Source: Vicugna vicugna
Taxonomy: Eukaryota
NCBI GenBank assembly: GCA_013265495.1
Contig: MU057947.1
Location: forward strand, 444,048 to 508,047
DNA: 64,000 bases
Direction of reading: 5' to 3'
Below the pieces are notes generated by a model. The model was given only the letters and a program-made list of their open reading frames with translations. It was not told the DNA's origin and did no database searches. Below, one piece after another: positions 1 through 10,640 of this stretch (positions within the stretch are counted from its first letter, which is position 1; every line of letters begins with the position of its first letter). Both the position numbers and the translations under genes were made by a program.

Positions 1-1686
1 TGTGGGGGCAGGAAAGAGGGGGGTCTGCAGTACTAATAGCTCTATTCCATTTTAATATTTTTGAATGTAGAGGTGTTTTTTAATCCCGTTCCAGAGAAAG
101 CAAGATTTATCGCTGATTATGTAGTGGTAACAAATGGTGAGGGAAGCGCTGTAAACACTATTCTAGTGTGCATTTTTTTTTTCGGTGATATCTTCCCGCT
201 TCTGATTGAAAATAGGAATAAATTAAATACAATCGCATGGGACTGCTTTATGCTTAGTCAAGAGCACTGGGGGTGATGTCGGTCCTGAAACACACCTATT
301 TTCAAAGGGGGATGCTCGGGCGCGTGTTCATTTCCTAAGTATCCTCCTTGCCAAGCTTATTGTGAGGGTAATTTCTCAGTTCAGAACGAGAATTAACACG
401 TATTCCTTGAGAGTTTCAGTTATTTGGCTAAGAAATGGCTCCCTTTAGAATGAATGCTCTTTATTCAACCTTTCAATGTCAGTTATCATTTTTAAAGCAG
501 TTTGACCTGGAAGCATGCAGCTAAAATTGTGGGGACTGTTAATGACAGTTTTATTGGGCACTATGCTTATGGTTCACATTTTGAGGTCTGTATGTAATTG
601 ATCTTTCTCCCCTACATGAGAAACACAGCAATAAGCTGGTTGCAGCACCACATTACAGATAGAGAGAAATAATAATGATGTCACCTTGAGATTCAAAGAT
701 CGTGGAATAGTAATAGTCTCCTAGCTCATTTCTCCCAACTGTGATGACCTCTCCAGTACTAAATCTTAACAGTCTCAGCATTATTTTTGAATTATTCATG
801 CCAGCCTTTTCCCTCACTACAAAATCAAGGGAAACGAATGCGCCGTGCTCGGTCAGCTCCACAGGTATTTTGGTAAAAATATAAAATGTTACTTGGTATC
901 ACAAAAAAAGGGGGAGGGGGTAGCAGGGTACACGCGGCATGCTTGCCTTGAACAGAAACACACAAACAAAACACACCAAAAAATCATTTATGAAGAGAAG
1001 GAGCAAGTGCGTATTCCCACCGATTCTGAACCGACTATTGGCTAATCGCGTTTGGGTTACCTGGAGGGTGAGAGGTCTACAGCTAGAAATAAAAAGTGCG
1101 TAATGAGAGTCATTTCTATCGCCAGTCCACCCCCCAAATTACACTAATAAGTATGGGACGGCAAGAAATATGCGTGCTCTCTATCCTGGGCTAGTTCTAG
1201 CCAGCGTTAAACGTGAAGCTTTTGCTTTTGAAATGTCAAATCAGCGTCTATTTCTTATTTTAATTCAAATTATGCAGAGACAGCAGCTCGCCAGCTCGCC
1301 AGCTCTCCCGGTTTAGCCAGCCGGGAGGACGTGGGGAGGCTGGTTAGGTTCCAGTGATGATTCTCACAAAAAGCGCACGTGGGAGTAAAATAAAATGCAT
1401 GTACATGTAAACCCAGGCAGGTACCCTGATCCATCTGTAGCTCTTGACCTTTAAGTTCATGATGAAAAACAAATGTCAAGCTTTCAGAAGACAGGAGGAC
1501 CCCCGGCTTGGCCGGGCGGTGTCCGCCGTCGCGCAAGCTGTATTAATTCAGTACGGCATCAATAACCTTGAAATCGGGATTTTGCACGAAAAACCCAGGT
1601 TTATGTTTATTCAGAAACCAAAAGGGGGAAAAAAGGCAACTTTATTTAAAGGAGCCCTCGGTGGTGAGGGGGTGAGCGCTGCTCAC

Positions 1687-1762
1687 CTCTCCAGATTTTT
1701 GGAGCTGCTCTCTGGCTTCCATGGCAACAGATACTTAAGAGGATGAGGACCCGGAGATGTTC
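1687..1762 (-). other. Candidate exon of an unidentified minus-strand gene; possible coding start MEAREQLQKSGE (1722-1687)
   Basis: Minus strand reads ctctttaag|GAACATC...GTTGCC ATG GAA GCC AGA GAG CAG CTC CAA AAA TCT GGA GAG|gtgagc: strong Kozak context (GCCATGG), 12 codons, consensus donor. Protein not recognised. Confidence 0.35.
1714..1728. promoter_or_regulatory. RFX X-box-like motif
   Basis: gcttccatggcaac (reverse GTTGCCATGGAAGC) is one mismatch from GTTNCCATGGNAAC and overlaps the candidate ATG. Confidence 0.35.
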
Positions 1763-1936
1763 CTTAAAGAGCCTTTTCATTTTGCATATAATTCTAATTA
1801 CAGATGCGGTTTGCTCATCCGGTTAAGTGGACCACACCTGGAGCAAAAGCCTGGTCAGTGACCCGTCTGCCTCCCCGGGCGCTGCAGACCCTCAGGGTGA
1901 GGTGAAGCCCTCTTCTGCGAGGCGGCAGGAGCTTAC

Positions 1937-2046
1937 GTCTCATTAGCAAAATGCATTTTCTTCCAGATGAGGGAAGAAATCGCAATTGTTCGCTGTCCTC
2001 GCTGGACTCCAGACAGGCCGTTCTGCAGGATGAGGCAGCAGTGACT
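1937..2046 (-). other. Candidate 5'-UTR exon, minus strand
   Basis: Acceptor ctgctctgtggcag| at 2047/2046 and donor GAC|gtaagc at 1937/1936. Confidence 0.25.
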
Positions 2047-2119
2047 CTGCCACAGAGCAGGCTGCACGTGGCTCCCGCGCGGACGAGACGGCCCACGGCC
2101 GGGTGAAGGAGAACCTCAC

Positions 2120-2260
2120 CTGCATGATCTTCAAGGACGGAAACACCTTCAGTGTAGATCTCATGTTAAGTGTGTTCTGCAATATTCTGATCCTCTCAAG
2201 CTTAGCGCCACAGTCAGTTATTGGCAAAGTAACTAGTATCTTATCTTTTCCTCTGCTATC
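2120..2260 (-). other. Candidate first exon, minus strand
   Basis: Strong donor CAG|gtgagg at 2120/2119; the 5' boundary is unknown. Confidence 0.3.
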
Positions 2261-2272
2261 AACTTCTCAGTC

Positions 2273-2429
2273 AAAGAAAAGAAAAGAGAAGGGAAGGGAA
2301 GGGAAGGAAAAGAAAAGAAGGGAAGGGAAGGGAAGGGAAAGAGAAGGGAAGGGAAAGGGAAGGGAAGGGAAAGGGAAAGGGAAAGGGAAGGGGAAGGGAA
2401 AGGGAAAAAAAGAAAAGAAAAGGAAAGAA
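2273..2429 (+). repeat. Pure polypurine (GGAAG/GGGAAA/GAAAA)n simple repeat
   Basis: 157 consecutive A/G bases. Confidence 0.95.
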
Positions 2430-3279
2430 CAGAACAAGTTTCCCTCCTCTCTCCCAGGAGGAACAGCCAGGCCAACCCGAGTGAGGGCTTCCCTGCTCAG
2501 GGAAAAGTCACCTGTTTCTCTCCACCCTACAGATGTTGCCTGAATTCGAGCCCCACTCAATCTCTGGCTGGAAGGACCCTGTCGTGGGGGTCAGAGGCTC
2601 GCCCCCAAGGAGAGATGAAAGGGTTTTGTTCACCGGAGCTGAAGAAGGGGGCGGGGCTGGACCTGGGCTCCTTGTTCCCCTGGGCCTGGGGAAGGAGATG
2701 GGGGGTTGGGATGGGCCCTGGCTCTGCTCTGGCTGGGAAGGTCCTTCTTCCAAATTCTGGTCTCTACCCCAAGTGATCTGGCAAGCAAGTTTAAGGGTCT
2801 TCTTCCCCTGGCTGTTCCATTGCCCGAGGCCAGGGGCTCTCTGCTGCTTAGCAGCGTAACTCTCCATTCTGGGACCTGATATGGAAGCCCCTCCAGGCAG
2901 GCAGGACAGAAAGGGCACCAGCCTGATGATCAACCAGGTGCCCACCTGGGCTCTGTCCTGGCAACCTGCAAAGCCCAAGTCAAGACTTTCGTGTTCTCTG
3001 CATCTTCCAGTCTCTCCTCGCTCCACAGGGGCTGGGCCAGCCCAGGGCTTTGCAAACAACGCTCCACACAGCCCCAGAAGCCCTCGGACCCATGTCTTCA
3101 GTAACCAGCCCAGCGATGCCTGTGTCTGCCGACACACTGGGCTTCGCTCTGTCTGGAGACAGGGTTCTTCTGCTCCCAGGACTGCTGGAGCCCACTGGGC
3201 TAAGGGACCCCACAGCCCACCTTTAGTCCCTTCTACCCACATGGACCTCAGTTCCCCACTGAAGAGCCCTCTTCTGCTC

Positions 3280-3640
3280 ACTTTCACTCCTTCAATAAAC
3301 ACTTTCTAGGCATCAGCATTCGCCAGGACACCCCAGTGACTAAAGCGGACAGAAACCTTTGCCCTCCTGAAGAGTCTCTTTAAGGGGGAATGATCAGAAA
3401 GCACAGGTCAGGACTAAGTCAACTGCAGAGCCGTTGAGAAGGTGAAAGCAGCTAAGGGGAGGGATCAGGGCAGGTTTCAGCGGTGGTTCAGGAAGAGGCA
3501 GACAGAGAGCAGAGTGCGCAGCTGAGCGCAGGGCACCAGGCAGAGCCTCCGGAAGACGGAAGATGGTGGTACTTGACCTGAGACTTGAAGGGGGTGGGCG
3601 TTGACCGAGGTGCTGGAGGGAAGAGCCGAGGCTGGAGCCC
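3280..3640 (-). mobile_element. L2 fragment
   Basis: Degenerate match to the recalled L2 3' end (ttcactccttcaataaacac...gacagaaacctttgccctc...acttgacctgagacttgaagg). Confidence 0.45.
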
Positions 3641-3959
3641 TGAGGCAGTCTGGGGGAGCGAGGGGCTGTGATCAGGGTGTGGGAGGGTAGAGGCAGGTGG
3701 GGTGGGAGGGGAAGGGGAGGAGCGGGTGAGTAGGGGAGCACAGAGAGGCCGGGGTGACACAGCTGGCTCTGGCTGCCCTGCAGAGAAGAGTGAGGCTGTG
3801 AGGCCGGTTCCCTGCGACAGACAGAGGAGACAGGATGGGCTGACTCGGGGTGTACCTGAAGCTCCGGCTAACAGGTGCACCTGCCATACCAGGTGAGAGG
3901 ACTCCAGGGTGGGGGGTGGGGACTCCCAGATACCTGCCCTGACCTCCTGCAGACAGCTC

Positions 3960-4985
3960 TGCCCTCAGCTGGGCCCAGAGCCAGGGTACAATCGGAGGGC
4001 CCCAGGCCCTATGTCTAAGCATTAGGAAGTCTAAATCAAGCTAGAGGACTGTTAAATCCTTCCTTCCCTTCTGCTTTCATGATGATGGAGCAGAAAAATA
4101 GGTGACAAGCTATGGCTTTTGCGTGGCTGAAAGTTGGCAACAAGTCACTGACTGAATTGAATACTCACTGCACACGTCTGGGGGTCCTATTTATCGGCCA
4201 GCAATGTTTGGATAAGTGAAAAAATAAAGACATCTGTAACTCGTAAATTAGCATGGACTTTTCCCATAAAACGGACTTCTCTTGCCTCATTTCAGGATAA
4301 TCATTAAGTTGTATGATCAAGATTTTCACACAATTTGTCTTCTAGTACCAGTAACAATATAAAGAACCCAAAACTAAATTGTACTCAAGCGTATGAAATT
4401 TGAATGTACTTTTTGTCAAAAATGTAAATTTTGAGTGTAAAAATAAATAAATTTAAATTATTTTTCATAGTTTCAAAAACTATTTTGCTTCTAAAATTCA
4501 AAATTAGCTATTAAATTTAAGAAGCAAAACACATTTGAATTACTGAATTAAATTTAAAGCTAAAATTTTTGTTTAAACTTTTGAAGGTTTAATGAAAACC
4601 TATGAAATACTCTGATAAAAATGTAAGTATTTGTGGTTCTCCTGGGCATTGTTCGTCCAGTTGCCACTGCAAAGAAATGACATTTCACATCACGTGGGTC
4701 ACATCTAGACCTACGTATGTGCAAACCTGGCTGTGGATTGTCTAATGTTGCAGTCCGCGCTCCCTGACAACCACGTACCACTGCTGGGAGTGCCATGTCA
4801 TCTGGAAGTCTGGAGTCACAAACCCAACATGAAGACAGTAAGAAAGTGGACACTGGAACCACTGGGGAGTGATACTTCATTACACTAGACTCTACTGCAC
4901 TTCTGCCTAAACGAAGGATTTAACAAGTTAATACAGTTGTCTCTGCTCTAACTGAAGCTCTTTGATGCTTAAATCCTCCCTGTGC
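3960..4985. mobile_element. Ancient hAT-Tip100-type DNA transposon remnant (Zaphod/MER115-like)
   Basis: atgtctaagcattaggaagtctaaatcaagctagaggactgttaaat resembles the recalled consensus; AT-rich interior; end ...cttaaatcctccctg resembles a CAG(A/G)GGCGGATTTA-type terminus. Confidence 0.45.
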
Positions 4986-5339
4986 TCAGAAGCAGCGCCT
5001 GTCTCCGACATCGACTGAGGTCCGCAACGCCCCTCCCTTGCAAGCAGACAATGGCTAGGACAGACAGTGTGGGGGTCCTACGTGGTGTCAGACTTGAGTG
5101 AATGGGGAGGTGGTGGTTCTGCCTGCCCGGAGCCAAATCCTGGAGCGCACGTGTTCTTGAGAAAGTGATGTGTGTGTGTCCTTGCGCCCATGCACGCCTA
5201 GTGTGGCGTCCTCTAACTGAGGGGCCACCGTGGTATCCCTCCGGCCCAGGTCTGCAGGCAGCACCACTTGATGGACGGACTTGCCGTCGTCTGAAACGGG
5301 GAAGCTGTGGGTGAGGCAGTTTGGGCTGGGGGTAGGAGG

Positions 5340-5590
5340 GTGTCAAGGTCAGGAATTTGGGTTTGAAAATGTTGAGTCTGAGATGTCTTTTGGATATCCA
5401 GAGGAGGGTGCGGGCAGCTATGCGAATTAGTCTAGATTTTGCGAGAGAGACAGAGGCTGAGCAGGATCAGTGAGCCATTCACATATGGGGGGCCTGTGAT
5501 GCCCTGTGACTGGAAGGGCCCAGCTTGGGAGAGAGGACGACACAGAGGAGAGTCCCAGGACCGAATCCTGGGGCCGTGACATCTTAGCTG
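5340..5590 (-). mobile_element. L2 fragment
   Basis: aggaatttgggtttgaaaatgttgagtctgagatgtcttttggatatcca matches a typical antisense L2 segment. Confidence 0.55.
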
Positions 5591-5599
5591 GGGACAACA

Positions 5600-6735
5600 C
5601 ACAACAGGATGGTCATCATTAGTAACAAAACAGAAACAACCAGTGTTGGTGAGGATGTGGAGAAACTGGGACCCTTACGCACGGTTGGTCAGAAGGTAAA
5701 ATGGAGCAGCTGCAACGGAAAATAGTATGGTGCTTGCTCAAAAGATTACAAATAGAACTGCCATATGATCCAGCAATCCCACTCCCAAAAGAACTAAAAG
5801 CAGCAACTCAAAGAGAGATTTCTGCACCCAAGTTCACAGCAGCATTATTCACAATAGCCAAAAAGTGGAAGCCACCCCATGTCCATCAGCAGATGAATGA
5901 ATTAACAGACGTGGCAAATACATACCGTGGAATATTATTCAACCTTAAACAGGAGGGAAATTCTGACACAGGCTGCAAGGTGGATGAGCCTCAAGGACAC
6001 ACGCACGACGTGGAACGTCAGTTACAAGAGGACAAGGGCTGCGCCACTCTGCGCCAGTGAGACGCAGGCATCAGCCACGTTTCCAAAGTCCACATTATGC
6101 CCCTTTGCTCTCATGAAAGCCCTGCGCTGACGCCTGTTTCCGCTAACCTACGGGAACCCAAAGGAAATTTTCACTTCTACGAAAACAGACGGAAAGTAAG
6201 ATCAGCGTTCGCTGTGTGTTTTGCAGCAGCCGTGGCAGGGGCAGCGCGGCCTGAGCGGCGGGAGGGGCCCCACCCAGCCCCTTCCCCGCAAGCCGCACCC
6301 ACATCGCAGCATCCCGCCACCAGAGCTCTCAGCTGTGTCTGTGAGCACCTCCATTTGTTTCGTGCATCCCTCAGCAAGGCGTGTCCCAAGGTGGCTGCTT
6401 CTTCACTTCACGCTATCTAGGCTTATGAAAGATTCCACAGGAATGCTCTGCTTTCGGATGGCGGGGGAAACCTGCACTTAAGCCAGGCAGGCTCACAGAG
6501 ACAGAAAGCAGATCGGTGGTTGCAGGGGCTGCAGGCGGGGAAATGGGGAGTTTTTGTTAAACGGGGACAGAGTTTCAGTTCTGCAGGATGGAGAGCGCTC
6601 TGGAGAAGGAAGGTGGAGCCAGGTGCAGGGAACTGTGCGCTACTGAATACCGCCCAACCGTCCCCTGAAATCTGGTTCAAATGGCAAATTTTATGTTTTG
6701 TATATTTAACCAAAAATTTCAAAATTAAAAAAAAA
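5600..6735 (+). mobile_element. L1MB-like LINE-1 3' end (ORF2 C-terminus + 3' UTR + A-tail), interrupted by a Tigger
   Basis: gtgttggtgaggatgtggagaaact...atagaactgccatatgatccagcaatcccact; ORF 5701 contains IELPYDPAIPL (L1 ORF2 C-terminus); A-rich tail at ~6720-6735. Confidence 0.9.
6065..6474. mobile_element. TcMar-Tigger non-autonomous DNA transposon
   Basis: Imperfect terminal inverted repeats caggcatcagccacgtttccaaag...ctttcggatggcgggggaaacctg; L1 sequence continues on both sides. Confidence 0.75.
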
Positions 6736-7682
6736 GAGAGAAACTATTTTAAAAAAAAGAGTTGGGGACAAGATGACATTAACAGGGACAGAGGAGGGGC
6801 CAGTGGTGCCCCGTAGGTCCTGGGCCAGGCTGGTTGCCATGGGTCTGCAGTAGGACCATGGTCTGTCCAGTTCAGAACGTCTCGTGGGGTGGCAGGCAGA
6901 GGCCTTCACATTGTCACAGAATGTGATGATGTTTCCTTCCTCCTCTTCTAGGCTTGTCCCACGTACTGCTGGTCGCTCTCTTTCTTGAGATCGCTCCCCG
7001 TTTTGGCTCTGAGGTCACTGACCCTTGCACTCCAATCGCCTCATCAGACGGTGGACCTAGCATACCTCAACTGGTGTCCTTTCTTCACCCCACTGCCTTG
7101 TTATTTCAACACTTGTGTCCAAATCATTCTGAACCTCATTCTCTTGTGTCACTGTAAGGTTTCAGTTCGCCTCCCCCTTGCCAGCCAATGGCTTTTCCCA
7201 AATGAGTGACAAAGGAACGGAAGGAGTTGATGATGAAGAAGGGAGGGTCTTCTCATGTCTTGCACCTCCCAAGTCTGCTTCCACCATCACTTCACCCACA
7301 GTGGGTGCTTGATACGTAGAAGAAAGGGAGGAGGAAAGACCAGAAGGACACCGGGGAAGAGGACCAGAGTGCTGGTCAGGAGATGTGGGCTCTCACTCAG
7401 AAGTAAGAGGCGTGGCGAGTATTAAGAGGTTAACACGCCACCCACTGCAATAACTGACCAGTAGCTCTTAATTTAAGACCATGTGGATGCAAGGAATTCA
7501 AGTGCCTTCTGTCACTCTTCAGGGAGTGTCAGTGAATAGACTTGTGACCTCTGTGTACCCAAGGGGACCTCTTTAGGAAATAGCCCAAGATCTGAGTTTC
7601 CACACAAGGTCTCAGGTTGTGTGGTCTGAGCTACTGATGATGGTGAATTCAAATAGCCAACACACTTGTTTAAATACCGGCT

Positions 7683-8050
7683 TGTGATGGTTACTATTGT
7701 TATGTCCACTTAACTGGCCCATGGGTGCCCAGATGTTTGGTTAAATATTATTCTGGGTGTGTCTGTGCAGGTGTTTCTGGATGAGAGCAGCATTTGAATC
7801 TGTAGATTGGGTAAGGTAGACTGTCCTCCCCTTTGTGGGTAGAACTCAAGCAACTTATTGAAGGTCTGAATAGAACAAAAGGCTGAGTCAAGGAGGGCTC
7901 ACGCTCTGCCTGGCTGTCCGAGCTGGGGCCCCGGGCTGCGTCTGCCATTGGGCTCAGAGTCAGGCTGGAGCTACACCAGCTTGCCACCTGCAGACTTGGG
8001 ACTTCCTCAGCCTTTGCAGTCTCATGAACCAGTTTTATACACACACACAG
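7683..8050 (+). mobile_element. MLT2 (ERVL) solo LTR
   Basis: tgtgatggttact...gtgcccagatgtttggttaaatattattctgggtgtgtctgtg...gaaggtctgaatagaacaaaaggctgag. Confidence 0.85.
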
Positions 8051-9467
8051 CACAACTGTAACTAGTGGAGTGTTTGTTACTGTTACTTATTAATTTTCCA
8101 GTGATCATAGCAGTAGGATTTTGACTGAGAAAAAGAGAGGCGTCCTCAGTGATGGCGCTCTGACACGTTTTAAGCTGAAGAGCTGCCCGCGCCCACTTCG
8201 CTGTGTGAGCGTTCCACGCTCGCTGCCCAGGGACTTTTATCGACGTGGTCAAGGTGGTGTCAGGCTGGCAGAGCAAAATCATTGCTATTTGACTTTCAAC
8301 TGTGAAATTTTGCAGTAATATTATGAGTTGCTCCCCTTCACAATTGTCTGGCTTACAGACTCCTGGGAAGGTGAGAATGATTTAGAGTTTATGGGGAGCA
8401 GAGCAGCTTACTCGTAAAAACGGGGCTGCTGTGAAGGCCGGGGGCGGGGGGCGCCGACAGACTGTGCTCTCTTCTCCCGCTCTGATTTTCCTTATTTTCA
8501 GCCTCACATCTTTTTTTTTTTTTAATAATTTGCTTTGAGTTTTTGCACATCGACAGAATCCATTTGAAACCTTGATGGTTGGAGAATGGAAATGATTTTA
8601 TGGTTGGGAAAGATTGTCCACAGATTTTTTTTTTTTTTTAAAGCAGTGGTTTCTGATTCTGCATTCAGGAAACGCCGCGGTCGCCATACTAAGAAGCCTG
8701 CCCAGGTCCGGAGGAATCAGATGAAGTCAAAACGTGGGGCCCAGCAGCGGTAAGCGTGTCTCTGTGACACTGGCAGCAGCTTAGCGAGGTCTTCCTAAGG
8801 AATTCTTCCCCTTACACAGCAGATTTTAGTCTGCATTGGAGTTTTAGGCAGTGAAGTGATAGAGTTCCCATAAAAGTCCTCCCCACTGTCTGAGGCGGCT
8901 GCCATCAATATGGAGTCTTGGTTTCAGAAAAATTTTTTTAATATAAAAATGAATTAGGGCCAACAGTCACTGTATTCCTACAGCTATTGTATACATACTT
9001 CCCCCATAGATTTGATAAGAGGAAAAATCTTTTTGAAACACCAGCCATTCTTCCAGGCCTTTCCCCTGAAGGCTTTCCTTGCTCATTGGATTGAGCTGCT
9101 GTTGTCCCTGCCCTATTTTGGAGAGCCAGCCCTGTCCTAGGTGGGGTATGCGGCTGAGCAGCCAGGAACTCTAGGCTTATCTCCACCTCCTCATCTGTCT
9201 CAGGAACCTACGCTGGCTCCCCCGACCACGGTGTCCAGCCCAAGGCTTGCTTGACCGCTGATCCTACACACCCCCTCCCCCGCCGCACTCCCTTCCGGGA
9301 ATTTCATTCCAGATGGGTCTTCCCTCTCCATGCACCCCTGGCCCCAGCCCAGTCCCCTCTTTGCTCTGTTCTGAGTCCTGACCCCATCAGGAGGACCTCT
9401 GGGACCATCTCAATCCATGGAGTCTAATTCTCTGTTCTTCAGTAGCATTAGTTCGAAATTGGTTCAT

Positions 9468-9600
9468 GGGTCCATTTGTTCATTGGTTTGTTCATCCATC
9501 AAATGTTTATTCAGCCCCTCAGGCATCAGCACTGTTCTAGGTGTCCAGGATATACAGGTGAACAAGTCACAGCCTTGTGCTTTCAGAAGACACTGTCCCA
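9468..9600 (-). mobile_element. L2 3' end fragment
   Basis: ttcatccatcaaatgtttattcagc...cactgttctaggtgtccaggatatacaggtgaacaag. Confidence 0.65.
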
Positions 9601-10519
9601 TTCGCACCAGGTGAGAGGGAGGACGGGCAGACACCGTCGTGGCAACGGGTTGTCTGGCTTTGGGCTTTGGCGGGAGCCCTGAGTCCTTTGCAGATGCCTG
9701 GGAGGTAAATGTGCAGGAAAAGTCTAAAGCCAGGTTGGGCTGGGCCCGGATCCTTGGCCACACTGAGGTTTTGGCAGACTGACCTTGGCCGCAGGGACCT
9801 GGGAAGCTGGCAGCAGAGACAGGTAGAGACTCCCGCCGTTACCCAGGTGTGAGATGGTTCAGAGTCAGATGAAGGCCCTGGTGGGCGGACTGGAGAAAAG
9901 AGCAGACCTAGGACTTCGTGTACGTATCTGGGGAGACACCACGGCTGGCAGCAGAACAGGAGAGGAGTGGCTTTCTATCAGAGGCAGTGTTTTCAATTCT
10001 GTCTAAAAATGAACATGACCATTATCCATCTACTTGTTCTTTTATGTAATCAACTAATTAACTCCAACTGTTGATCACCACCTGGTATGTGTCTGGGCCA
10101 GAGGGCCACGTATCAGAAAGACCAGTCCTGCTCTTGGCGAGCCTACAGTCTAACTGCAGAAATGACCGCGTCGCAGCTGCATGTCTGCAAAGAGAAGCGC
10201 TGCCACGTGCCGAGGCTCAGGGGGCGCCAGGCGCTGGGGCTGCCGGTGACCTTTCACAAAGCCCTGGCGCTCCAGGGTAAGGGCAGTTCTGGTGAGATGC
10301 AAAGCAGGCCACTGGCTACCAGGCCTGGAGTCAGGAGACAGGGGAAAACTGGCTCCTGAAGTTATTATGAGAACATTCGATGACTGATAGGAAGGCATTC
10401 TGAAGAGCTGTGTGATCTTCCCCAAGGATGCCAGTGATTTAAGTCCCCGGCACGGTTAGGGGCTCCGGTGTCGGCATTTCCACTCACATGATCATGTTCC
10501 CTTGCAAACCTCCGGGGGT

Positions 10520-10640
10520 CAGGTAACAGTATCTCCATTCCACAGACGGTAAGACCGAGGCTTCGTGCGGGTCGGGGGCTAGCAGAGCAGGCGGAGTAGG
10601 ACATGCTGGAGCTGGGATGAACCCAGACCCCTCTCTGGAG
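10520..10640 (-). mobile_element. MIR fragment
   Basis: atctccattccacagacggtaagaccgaggct...gagctgggatgaacccag. Confidence 0.5.

Noticed and set aside
1350..1432. C/D-box snoRNA-like spacing (GTGATGA...CTGA)
   Set aside because: No convincing terminal stem, no recognisable rRNA antisense element, no plus-strand host gene.
2103..2560. K/R/G/E-rich and F/P/S-rich ORFs
   Set aside because: They are translations of the polypurine simple repeat.
2508..3309. 264-aa and overlapping ORFs
   Set aside because: No recognisable domain, open on both strands, typical GC-rich noise.
5701..6060. 119-aa ORF as a gene
   Set aside because: Decayed L1 ORF2 C-terminus (IELPYDPAIPL).
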